This document shows positions 45,036 through 54,176 of a DNA stretch of 64,000 nucleotides, in pieces (positions within the stretch are counted from its first letter, which is position 1; each line of letters starts with the position of its first letter). Origin of the DNA: Candidatus Bathyarchaeota archaeon (GTDB lineage Archaea; Thermoproteota; Bathyarchaeia; Bathyarchaeales; Bathycorpusculaceae). The position numbers and the translations under genes were made by a program. The DNA lies in contig CAVYRC010000013.1 in NCBI GenBank assembly GCA_963770845.1, forward strand, positions 51,628 through 115,627, written 5' to 3'. Below the pieces are notes generated by a model. The model was not told the origin of the DNA and did no database searches. It saw nothing but the letters and a program-made list of their open reading frames with translations.

Positions 45036-46172
45036 TTGCATCGTAAAGGGTTTAGCCGCAAGCATGTTTTTGAAGAACTAAAAAAGATCCATGCTCTTGA
45101 CAACCATTATGATAGTGGCAGAATTCTTTGTTCGATGTGTACCAAACCTCATCCATTGGCAGAAAAGGCTTATCGAATGTTTTTTGAATCAAACTTGGGT
45201 GATTCAGGGTTATTTCCGGGAAGCGCCCAGCTTGAAAGAGAAGTCATAGATCAGCTTGCAACCCTTCTCCAAAGCAAAGACGCGGTAGGCTTCATTGTTT
45301 CAGGTGGAACAGAAGCAAACCTGCTAGCGTTGTTAGCGGCAAGAAACATGGCAAAAAACAGCCATCAAGAAGTGGTTCTGCCCGAATCAGCCCATTTCTC
45401 ATTTACAAAAATCTGCAATCTCATGAACCTAAAACCAGTTTATGCAAGGTTGGACAGCGCCTTTAAAGTAAACCCCTCAGAAGTTGAGGGATGCATCAGC
45501 AAGAACACAGTCGCCATAGTGGCCACAGCTGGGACTGCAGAGTTAGGGGCAGTAGATCCAATCGATGAGCTTTCAAAAATTGCGTTAAAACACAGGGTCT
45601 TCCTACATGTCGACGCAGCGTTTGGCGGTTTGGTGATTCCATTTTTACCTGAACCCAAACCCATCTTTGATTTTAGTTTAGAAGGTGTAAAATCCATCAC
45701 CGTTGACCCCCATAAAATGGGTATGGCAGCTATACCCGCAGGTGGAATCTTCTTCAAAGACGCCCAAACGTTGGATAGCATCAAAACCGAAACACCTTAC
45801 CTAACGGATAAGGAACAATACACTTTTATTGGAACAAGGACAGGTGCAGCAGCTGCTTCAGCATGGGCAGTATTCAATACGCTCGGCATTGAAGGGTACC
45901 GAAAAATTGTAGCTGAATGCATAGAAAACACAAAAATGTTCGCCGAGGGCATCAAAAGGGCTGGTTTTGACCTATTGGTAGAACCTACATTGAACATAGT
46001 TGCTTTCAAAGGTCACGATACCCCTGGTTTGGCTGAGAAACTATTGGAGCGCAGCTGGTTTGTCTCTTATGTTCCAAGATATGATTGTGTTAGAATCGTT
46101 GTTATGCCTCATGTTAAGACGGAGCATGTGGCTGCTTTTCTGAAAGATTTAGTTGAAATCGAAAAGCTTTAA
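45036..46172 (+). CDS. mfnA: L-tyrosine/L-aspartate decarboxylase
   Basis: ILCSMCT.PH, NLGD.GLFPG, SGGTEAN, HVDAAFGG, TVDPHKMG (PLP Lys). Confidence 0.95.
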   Translation: MHRKGFSRKHVFEELKKIHALDNHYDSGRILCSMCTKPHPLAEKAYRMFFESNLGDSGLFPGSAQLEREVIDQLATLLQSKDAVGFIVSGGTEANLLALLAARNMAKNSHQEVVLPESAHFSFTKICNLMNLKPVYARLDSAFKVNPSEVEGCISKNTVAIVATAGTAELGAVDPIDELSKIALKHRVFLHVDAAFGGLVIPFLPEPKPIFDFSLEGVKSITVDPHKMGMAAIPAGGIFFKDAQTLDSIKTETPYLTDKEQYTFIGTRTGAAAASAWAVFNTLGIEGYRKIVAECIENTKMFAEGIKRAGFDLLVEPTLNIVAFKGHDTPGLAEKLLERSWFVSYVPRYDCVRIVVMPHVKTEHVAAFLKDLVEIEKL

Positions 46173-46213
46173 GGCACCTTTAAAGTTCCACATCGATTCT
46201 TAGAGGGCAAAGA

Positions 46214-47437
46214 TTGAAGATTATCCTTTACGAGTATGCTTCGGGCGGCGGATACGCTGGACAACAGTTACCCACTGGCGTTTTAGCAGAAGGCTTTGGG
46301 ATGCTACGCAGTGTTGCATCAGACTTTAAAGCGAGTGGACATGAAGTTACCATTCTGTTGGATGCAAGACTATCCAAACTCAATCGTCCAATAGCCGCTG
46401 ATTATTTCTTACCAATAATGCACCCAGAAGAACCTGAAAAAATCTTGACGACCCTCGCAAAAATCAACGATTTAATCTATATCATAGCACCCGAAACAGA
46501 ACAAACACTGCAAACACTTGTGGAACTTGCCGAAAAAACGGGCAAAACAACACTCAACTGCAAGTCAGCTGCCATAGCTAAAGTAGCAAACAAAGCTCTT
46601 CTTTATAGCAATTTGCAGAAAAAAGGGTTTCCAACACCAAAAACCCTATTGCTCAATACCTCGGACACTTGGGCACAGACAAAACAAACCATTAAACGAC
46701 AATTAAACTACCCAGTGGTCTTCAAACCTGTGGATGGAGTTGCATGCAGCGGATTAAGCGTCATCGAAGGAGAAGTCCAAGTAACAAGGGCCATTGCCAA
46801 AATAAGAGCTGAATCCAAATGCTCACACTTCATTGCCCAAGAGTTCGTCAAAGGCAAATCAGTAAGCGTAAGTTTACTTGTCACCGAAAAAAAAGCATTG
46901 GCGATTAGTTTAAACAGGCAAAACATAACCATGGCTGGACCAGAAACGCTTTCAAGTTACAACGGCGGCTGCACTCCATTTGATCACCCCTCTAAAAAAG
47001 AGGCGTTTGATCTTGCGGAAAAAGTAGTCGAGTCATTTCATGGGCTTCAGGGCTATGTGGGTGTTGACTTAGTCTTGGCACAAGATAAGCCCTATGTGGT
47101 TGATGTTAATCCTAGGTTAACAACTTCGTATGTTGGTTTACGAAAAGTTGTCAACTTCAACCTTGCAAACGCCATAGAGAATGCCGTTTTAAAAGGCAAA
47201 CTTCCAGATGATTCGGAAAACCGAGGGGTTGCATGCTTTCTGAAAGTAGAAACACCCAAACCAACTATGGACGCTTTCAATGATTCATCCTATATGGATG
47301 CTGTTGTTTCTCCAGCTTTTCCATTAGAGGATAACGCCCAATCATGCGCCCTTTTAATTGGCAATGGAACAACCTTGGATGAAGCGACGTGTCTTATAGA
47401 AGAAGCTAAAAAGCGATTATGCAACATTATCGGTTGA
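46214..47437 (+). CDS. mfnD: tyramine--L-glutamate ligase (ATP-grasp)
   Basis: YEYASGGG...EGFGML, IIAPE, KPVDG..C.G, GYVGVD, DVNPRLTTSY; operon context. Confidence 0.85.
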   Translation: MKIILYEYASGGGYAGQQLPTGVLAEGFGMLRSVASDFKASGHEVTILLDARLSKLNRPIAADYFLPIMHPEEPEKILTTLAKINDLIYIIAPETEQTLQTLVELAEKTGKTTLNCKSAAIAKVANKALLYSNLQKKGFPTPKTLLLNTSDTWAQTKQTIKRQLNYPVVFKPVDGVACSGLSVIEGEVQVTRAIAKIRAESKCSHFIAQEFVKGKSVSVSLLVTEKKALAISLNRQNITMAGPETLSSYNGGCTPFDHPSKKEAFDLAEKVVESFHGLQGYVGVDLVLAQDKPYVVDVNPRLTTSYVGLRKVVNFNLANAIENAVLKGKLPDDSENRGVACFLKVETPKPTMDAFNDSSYMDAVVSPAFPLEDNAQSCALLIGNGTTLDEATCLIEEAKKRLCNIIG

Positions 47438-47447
47438 GGAAAAAGGG

Positions 47448-48511
47448 TTGGTTGATGTAATAGGCTATGATGTAGGCGGAGCAAACACTAAAGCCGCCTA
47501 TATCAGGGTCAGAGACGGGAAATGTTTCAATGCAAGGGTTGCAGTTGAGTATTTTCCAGTCTGGAAGCACCCTGAAGAACTTGCTGATGTGCTCTTAAAG
47601 CTTAAACATCAATTGTGCGAGTGTAAAATTGACGGCATAGGTGTAACTATGACCGCTGAATTATCAGATGCGTACCAAACAAAACGGGAAGGCGTCAACC
47701 ATATCTTGGGCTGTTTCATGCAGACTTTTACAAATGTGCCCATTTATGTTTTGAACACAGAAGGCAGATTGGAACCAATAGAGGTAGCCCTACGTGAACC
47801 GCTCGGAGTAGCAGCAGCGAATTGGGCAGCAACAGGCTGGCTGGTAGCTCAACAACTGAAAAACTGTGTTGTCGTTGACGTTGGATCCACCAGTACAAGC
47901 ATAATTCCAATATGTGAATGGGCATAGTTGCAGCTCGTGGAAAGACGGATTTGGACAAGCTCCTCTGTGGCGAACTTGTTTACACGGGAAGCTTAAGGAC
48001 GAATGTGGCTACAATAGTGCGGTCCATCCCCATCCGAGACGGCGTTGCAAGCGTATCTTCTGAGCTTTTCGCTTTATCAGCCGACGTTCACTTAATCTTG
48101 GGAAACATCACCATGAAAGATTACACTTGTGAAACGGCAGATGGGCGGGGAAAAACTATAGCAGAAGCTTATGCGAGACTTGCTAGAGTTGTTTGCGCCG
48201 ATACCGAAATGTTAACTCAACAAGAAATAATTAACATGGCAAAATTCATCTGCAAAAGACAAATCCGACAGATTATCAAAGGCTTAACCAAGGTTTACTC
48301 ATATACAAAGTCGCTGATTTCAACGGAGGTTCCATTGGTGGTTACTGGGCTTGGAAAAAACTTTCTCGCAGCCAAAGCCGCAAAAGAACTGAAAGTAGAT
48401 ACAATAGTGGATTTGGAGACTCTGCTGCCTAAAGAAGCGGTTTTAGCTACACCTGCATTCGGGATTGCCCAAATGACCGCAAACAAACTTGAAGGAGACT
48501 CCATCAAATGA
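47448..48511 (+). CDS. mfnF: methanofuran biosynthesis coupling enzyme, hydantoinase A family (frameshift near 47915)
   Basis: GYDVGGANTK, TMTAELSD...KREGV, AAANW, DVGST, GELVYTG.LRT, SELFA..ADV, TADGRG. Confidence 0.88.
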
Positions 48512-49182
48512 ATGCCGCAGTCGTGAAGGTAGGCGGCAGCTTAACGGATTACCCAGAAAAATTAAAGAGATTATGCACCATGTTAAACGAGTTCTCCAAA
48601 AAACATCGTTTAATTGTGGTGCCCGGCGGCGGTGAATTCACAGATGTCACGCGAAGGCTGGACGAAAAGTTTTTTCTCTCTTGCAGTGTATCGCATCGAA
48701 TGGCAATTTTAGGAATGGACCAATATGGTTTGCTGCTTTCAGATTTAATTCCTCAATCAGTTACTGTGACCAAACTATGGGAAACAAAACATGTTTTAGC
48801 TTCTGGTCTTTTGCCGATTTTTTTGCCTTCAAATCTTCTATTTAAGGAAGATCCGTTGGAAAATTCTTGGGACCTTACTTCTGATTCAATCGCCACTTAC
48901 CTAGCTGGCCGATTACAGGCATCGAAAGTTTTGTTAGTTACAGACGTTGATGGCATTTATTCAGATAACCCAAAGACAACACCAGAAGCCGAATTAATCA
49001 AGAGTGTATCCGCGAGCCAACTTGTGGCCTTGAACAAGCGGACAAGTGTGGATCGAGCTTTGCCCAAGTTGCTTTTGAAAGCATCTATTGACTGCTTCGT
49101 GGTTAATGGTTTATTTCCTGAACGGATTGCAGCGATTCTAGATGGACGCGAGACAGTTTGCACGATGATTAAGAGTACCTAA
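48508..49182 (+). CDS. mfnE: [5-(aminomethyl)furan-3-yl]methyl phosphate kinase (amino-acid kinase family)
   Basis: VVKVGGS, VPGGGEF, HRMAILGMDQYG, SWDLTSDSIA, TDVDG. Confidence 0.88.
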   Translation: MNAAVVKVGGSLTDYPEKLKRLCTMLNEFSKKHRLIVVPGGGEFTDVTRRLDEKFFLSCSVSHRMAILGMDQYGLLLSDLIPQSVTVTKLWETKHVLASGLLPIFLPSNLLFKEDPLENSWDLTSDSIATYLAGRLQASKVLLVTDVDGIYSDNPKTTPEAELIKSVSASQLVALNKRTSVDRALPKLLLKASIDCFVVNGLFPERIAAILDGRETVCTMIKST

Positions 49183-49267
49183 TTGTTTGGATTTAATAAT
49201 TATCGAGCATCCACAATATGGAAAATTTGAACAGAAAAAATAGAAAAAGATATTGGAAGATTCAGGT

Positions 49268-49432
49268 TTAGATCTTTTTCTTGTCTAAGACTTCACGGAA
49301 AGTTTTACCGCAGCAATCATACAACGCTATGGTAAGTTGTGTCCGTTTGCCTTTTTTGTCTGGTTTCCCAGCCATCTTCCAAGTTTTCTTTGGTGTCTTG
49401 ACTTCTTTTCCACATGTGGGACATTTTGCCAT
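49268..49432 (-). CDS. Cren7-like Zn-ribbon small basic protein
   Basis: Hand translation MAKCPTCGKEVKTPKKTWKMAGKPDKKGKRTQLTIALYDCCGKTFREVLDKKKI; P.K.W.M...I.LY....GK.FR pattern; TTTAAATA TATA-like box upstream on minus strand. Confidence 0.8.
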   Translation of the reverse strand: MAKCPTCGKEVKTPKKTWKMAGKPDKKGKRTQLTIALYDCCGKTFREVLDKKKI

Positions 49433-49644
49433 GATTATTCCTCTGATGTGAACGTATCATATGTATGTATTTAAAACACTTTCTATCGATTGCCTGATAA
49501 ATGGCTAAAACAGGGCTTTTTTAAACGGAAAAAATGTTGAATTTATCATTTTTTAATGAAAAACCATACCCTTGTGGTGTGTTTTGCGGTGGGCAAACAT
49601 GAAGAAATATTAACCAAAAACTACAAAGTTACGTCCGAGGACAT

Positions 49645-50239
49645 GTGTCGATAGTTGGTTTAGATTTAGCAGGGGTTGAAAATAGACCCACAGGCTTCTG
49701 CATTCTCAGAGGTATGGAAGCTAAAACCTGTTTGGTTTACAAAGACCAAGACATTCTGCAGAAGGTCAGGGAAAGCATCCCCAAAGTAGTGGCTATTGAT
49801 GCTCCACTGTGTCTGCCACCTGGAAGAAAATCAATCGAAGAAAGAACAAGTATTCACCTAAGAGAAAGCGACAGGCAACTCCTCAAAATGGGCATAAAAC
49901 TTTTCCCAATTACGCTGGGACCCATGAGAAAACTAACTCACCGTGGCATTCAGCTAAAAAACATCTTTGAAGCTCAAAAGTTAGTTGTAATTGAGGCATA
50001 TCCTGGAGGAGCACAAGACGTTCTTGGAATACCCAGAAAACAGCGAGGTATCGAGAAATTGTTGGCTGGTTTGGAAAAACTTGGCATAGTAGGACTAAAT
50101 ACCGAATTTAAGTGACCACGAATTAGACGCTGCAACATGTGCTTATGTTGGAAAGCTGTTTTTAGAGGGCGAAGCAGTCGCGTATGGCGAGCCCAATCAA
50201 GTTATTGTCATGCCAAAAGGAAAACCCCTGAAAAAATAA
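49645..50239 (+). CDS. DUF429 family RNase H-like protein (frameshift near 50110)
   Basis: VGLDLA, AIDAPL, IEAYPG, shifted-frame HELDAATCA. Confidence 0.85.
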
Positions 50240-50291
50240 GGGTTTAACTCGGGAGTTAGTCCAGATTATTTAGCTATGAACGAATTTCGTG

Positions 50292-50843
50292 CTACTTTAT
50301 CCAATTTGCCACTGGCTTGTTTCTTTTTCCTACACCCTGCTTTATTTTTGGGTGACCAATGATGAAGGGAACCATCATCGTATAGTTCTCTGGTACACCA
50401 ATATTCTTGAGCGCTTCTGGCTTGTTGTTTAAGAAGTTAATAAAACCCATATAGCATGTTCCAAGCCCCAGCTCATAAGCCTTCAAAAACATGTTCTGCA
50501 CAGCAAGTACGCTATCAAGCAAATTGATGTTAGCCCACTGTTCATCTTTTTCAGCGCATATAAGAATAAGCATGGGTGCATTGTAGCAGACTATGTCGGC
50601 TTCGGTGCAGAACTGTTTGGCTAATGGTGGCATCATTTGCTGGACTAAGAGCTTGGTTTCATCAGAGACATATTTGATCAGTTTCTGGTCTTCAATAATT
50701 ATGAATCTCCAGGGTTCTCTATGCATCCCTGTCGGTGCCCATATGCCGGCTTCCAGCACCGATTCAATTTGTTCTTTGGAAACTGGTTCATTTGTGTAAG
50801 CTCGAACGCTTCTTCTGCCTTTGATACATGCATCTAGTTCCAT
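50292..50843 (-). CDS. nitroreductase family protein
   Basis: RRSVRAY, AP.G...EPWRF, QNMFLKA..LGLGTC. Confidence 0.92.
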   Translation of the reverse strand: MELDACIKGRRSVRAYTNEPVSKEQIESVLEAGIWAPTGMHREPWRFIIIEDQKLIKYVSDETKLLVQQMMPPLAKQFCTEADIVCYNAPMLILICAEKDEQWANINLLDSVLAVQNMFLKAYELGLGTCYMGFINFLNNKPEALKNIGVPENYTMMVPFIIGHPKIKQGVGKRNKPVANWIK

Positions 50844-51014
50844 AATCAAAACCTTCCCAGTGAGAAATGGCAAATCATGTAATAAACTTGGTTCCAAGAA
50901 AAGGCTAAAGGTGTTTGGTTTGGATCCCATTTGTCTATAAGGATGACTTCTGGTCTGCATCCCCCCTGGGGCGATTTCCAGACGAGTGTTGTGAATGATG
51001 ATTGACGGAAAAGG

Positions 51015-51794
51015 CTAGCTTAGTTTACTTTCGCCTTTATTCCAGATGTTTTCAAAATAGGATTCTGCAAGTTTTATGACATTATGATCGTTTGACCACA
51101 AGCTAGGCAAGGGATTTTTCTCAGATATTTGATAAGTCACTTCTTTGCCATCAAATATGTGCATACCAAACAGGTCGGAGTTGCTTGAATATTTTATTTC
51201 AATGAGCAGTTTTTTCGATAGAGATTCTGGCTTTATTGGCGGTGTTTTTCCCCCAATTTTTTGTATGATTATGCGAATTCTTACATTTTTTTGTGCCTTC
51301 TTAAAGAAATACTTATGATTAAATAACATTATATGTAGAATTCTAGCTGGCATGATAACATCTATACTTGTTTGAGCCGATTGAATTAGATTTTCGTGCA
51401 TTCTTAAAAGAAGCCTCATTTCTGAAGTAATTTTAAACTGAGAATTCTCTTCCCGAGAATCTTCTAAGTCACTAGACTGGAAATTTTTCAGAAGCGAATT
51501 GGCTTTCTTTTCAAGCCCAGCAGATTCCTCTCTTCTTTTTTGAAGCAGAATAGAAAGGCTTTCATTTATCGGGGTGGCTTCATAAATTGTTGTTTTCGCA
51601 ATAAGTCTTTCTGCCAAACCCAATTTTTCTAGTGTGAGCAATATTCGATAGGCATCTGTTCGAGCTACACTTGAAATCTTTGAGATTGTTTTTGCGTCTG
51701 CTTTTCCAAGCCTGGCAAGACTTATGTATGTTTTTGCTTGCAAAAAACTTAGTCCCAAACCCGTTAAAGTCTGAATATGTTCTTCTTGAATCAT
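51015..51794 (-). CDS. TrmB-family transcriptional regulator
   Basis: LGLS..QAK.Y..L, R...YRIL..LEKLGL wHTH; C-terminal PLD-like effector domain (IFDGKEV...FENIW). Confidence 0.85.
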   Translation of the reverse strand: MIQEEHIQTLTGLGLSFLQAKTYISLARLGKADAKTISKISSVARTDAYRILLTLEKLGLAERLIAKTTIYEATPINESLSILLQKRREESAGLEKKANSLLKNFQSSDLEDSREENSQFKITSEMRLLLRMHENLIQSAQTSIDVIMPARILHIMLFNHKYFFKKAQKNVRIRIIIQKIGGKTPPIKPESLSKKLLIEIKYSSNSDLFGMHIFDGKEVTYQISEKNPLPSLWSNDHNVIKLAESYFENIWNKGESKLS

Positions 51795-51940
51795 ATTGGA
51801 GCCTTCTAAGTTGGTACTCTTTGTTTATTTGTAGTGTAAACTTTAAGAGTTTTTGCATTGTCAGATGAGCCGCTTCTTACAAATGCTTAAGACTGTTTTT
51901 GGTCGATATTGCATTCACCGAAAAAAGGAGAAGAAAAAAA

Positions 51941-52063
51941 TTGAAATTTGTAAAAACTAAGAAACTAACTACCGCAATCGCAATAATTCTATTGATAACT
52001 ATGATTACTCCACTGGTCACTGTACCTGTTAATGCCGTGATGTCAGATGCAAGTCTCCATTGA
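51941..52063 (+). pseudogene. orphan signal peptide, remnant of a secreted protein gene
   Basis: AGGAG + TTG start, MKFVKTKKLTTAIAIILLITMITPLVTVPVNA then stop 8 codons later; leader resembles that of the 54177-56883 gene. Confidence 0.55.
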
Positions 52064-52116
52064 AGTGTGGGTTCTAATCCTTTCTTTTGTTGTTGACTAT
52101 TAATGGATATTTTCAT

Positions 52117-52218
52117 TTATAGAGTAACTTTCAAGTTAGCTTTGTCATAGATTTCTTTCATTCTTTCCGGTGAGTAATTCAAGTAATGTTTTGCTAAGAA
52201 TACAGCCTTATTCCCGAG
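52117..52218 (-). mobile_element. tyrosine integrase C-terminal relic (retains catalytic-position Tyr)
   Basis: LGNKAVFLAKHYLNYSPERMKEIYDKANLKVTL*; no start codon or upstream domain. Confidence 0.6.
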
Positions 52219-52276
52219 CTACAAATATTTTTAAGAGTAGCGGGCGAAATACTGAATATAGGGAGAAGTTAGGATT

Positions 52277-52780
52277 ATGTCTCTTCTTGATGTGATTTTA
52301 AGTCGACGAAGTATTAGAAAATATGAAAACAAAAAAATACCTCAAGAAATATTGCAACAAATTCTTGAAGCAGGTAGACAGGCCCCTTCAGCTGTTAACA
52401 GACAGCCCTTTCGTTTTGTCGTCGTGAAGGATTGCGAAATAATGAAGGACTTGTGTGATAATTTGATTACCCGTTTTGTCAAATATGCCCCTGTCGCAAT
52501 TGTTGGGTGTGCAGATGTAAAATCGCTCTTGACTGGGAAGTGGGCTGTTGTTGACACTACTATTGCTATGCAGAATATGGTTATTGCCGCATGGGCTTTA
52601 GGGATCGGTTCATGTTGGATAGGAGCTTGTAACGAAGAAAAAGTAAAGAAATTACTAGAAATCCCTGACAAATGGAAAGTTGTAGCTTTGGTAACGCTTG
52701 GTTATCCTGCCGAGCAACCGAAACCAAAAAAGAAGAAACCTATAGAGGATTTATTTAATTTCAACAGTTTTCAGAGCTAA
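52277..52780 (+). CDS. nitroreductase family protein
   Basis: RRSIRKY, APSAVNRQP, QNMVIAAWALGIGSCWIG, LGYP. Confidence 0.92.
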   Translation: MSLLDVILSRRSIRKYENKKIPQEILQQILEAGRQAPSAVNRQPFRFVVVKDCEIMKDLCDNLITRFVKYAPVAIVGCADVKSLLTGKWAVVDTTIAMQNMVIAAWALGIGSCWIGACNEEKVKKLLEIPDKWKVVALVTLGYPAEQPKPKKKKPIEDLFNFNSFQS

Positions 52781-52817
52781 GACGCGAGTTATCCAGATTT
52801 CTATTTTCTAAAATGAA

Positions 52818-52911
52818 TGCTTTATCAGATTTCTCTCAGTAATCTAACACCTTGTGGATGCTTAGCTAAAACACCTTTAGGGGCTATTCCTTGAAAGATG
52901 TCAATGTATCC
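52818..52911 (-). mobile_element. second degenerate tyrosine integrase C-terminal relic
   Basis: GYIDIFQGIAPKGVLAKH-PQGVRLLREI then shifted DKA; same LAKH...EI(Y)DKA signature, Tyr deleted. Confidence 0.55.
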
Positions 52912-52988
52912 ATCAAGTTCCCTCATAATCAATCGGGCATGATTTAGTTTCAGAATTAAGGAGACAATTTCTGGAGTGATCAATTAGG

Positions 52989-53909
52989 CTAAGTTGATAG
53001 GCGCTTAAATCGTTTTATTGCCGACCCAACCAGAAGCACAAAGGCAAGCAAGGGCAAAATTGTTAACCACGAAAACTCTGGAACCGACGGAGTTGGCGTT
53101 GGTGATGCAATAGATGATGCTGATGGAGTAGGAGGCTCTGATGGAGCAGGGGTTTGTGTTTTTGTTGGTGTTGGTGTAACGGGAAGGTCATAAACACCGA
53201 TTGGATTGCTCCTTCCCTGTTTTCCGTCTCCCTCCGTATAGATAAGTGTTGTACCGCCAGCTCTGGTGAGGTTTATTTCACCACTCCAGAAGCCATTAAC
53301 AAAAGCTCCTGTAACTCCATGACCTGCATCATAGAGGTTTTCATGGACAACCAGCATAGTCGACCATGTATTTGTACCGTTGTAACTCGTGAACGTATCG
53401 TTGTACTGGTCTTCCGCTGTTATCCTGATTAGGAATGGGTCACCAACTGTTTGATGACTACTTATGTTGTCAAATCTGAAGTGGTCAAGCACTAAAGGCA
53501 AAAGTGGTCCGCTGGTATAGAATCGGTTACTGTAATAATTTTTTCCTTCTATGTTGATATAAAAAAATGTTGTGCCGCCGCCCTTGTTAAGGGTTACTTC
53601 GCCAGTCCAGACACCGTTGATAAACGCGTCAGTCAACCCAAAACTTTGAGGATAAATAGTATTTGTGATGATTAAATTGGCTGATAATGTGTTTGATCCG
53701 TTGTAGCTTGACAGTGTTTGGTTATACTGGTCTTTTGCCGTAACCGTAATGTTAAATGGAACACCAACAGCCTGAGATCCAAGGGGGTCAAAATCAAAGT
53801 GGTCAAACACTGATTCTACTGTTTGTGCAAGAACAAGTTGAACTGTAAATAGCGAAACTAAGAACAACAAGACAAGAAATCGAGCGAGAGTTTTATTCAA
53901 GTTCCCCAT
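52989..53909 (-). CDS. surface protein with two Ig-like repeats and PEF-type C-terminal sorting signal
   Basis: Signal peptide; repeats DHF.FD...Q.VG.PF.I..TA.DQYN.T..SYNG; PT linker; VPEF + TM + basic tail. Confidence 0.85.
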   Translation of the reverse strand: MGNLNKTLARFLVLLFLVSLFTVQLVLAQTVESVFDHFDFDPLGSQAVGVPFNITVTAKDQYNQTLSSYNGSNTLSANLIITNTIYPQSFGLTDAFINGVWTGEVTLNKGGGTTFFYINIEGKNYYSNRFYTSGPLLPLVLDHFRFDNISSHQTVGDPFLIRITAEDQYNDTFTSYNGTNTWSTMLVVHENLYDAGHGVTGAFVNGFWSGEINLTRAGGTTLIYTEGDGKQGRSNPIGVYDLPVTPTPTKTQTPAPSEPPTPSASSIASPTPTPSVPEFSWLTILPLLAFVLLVGSAIKRFKRLST

Positions 53910-54176
53910 GATTATTCTAAGAAACGGTTTTTAATAAAAGCCTGTTCGTCAAAAAAGACGGCTTCGATGTTATGACAACAAATTAAGAGAAAAGTCAAGG
54001 GTTTGCTGGGGCTCTGGAACCGAAATAGGAAGAATTTTTCTTTAGGAGAAAAGAAAAACGCAAACAAATACGATGAATGCAAACATCGTAAATGAGAACC
54101 AGAAGCCTTCTCAGCCCCAGTTGATTTTCCAAAAAACTAAAAAAGGGAGGGAAAATAGATCCCATTGATTTGCACC

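Noticed and set aside
50941-50975. GGTCTGCATCCCCCCTGGGGCG as a degenerate tRNA 3' end / att site
   Set aside because: Does not match the tRNA-Phe 3' half and lacks the TTCRA loop.
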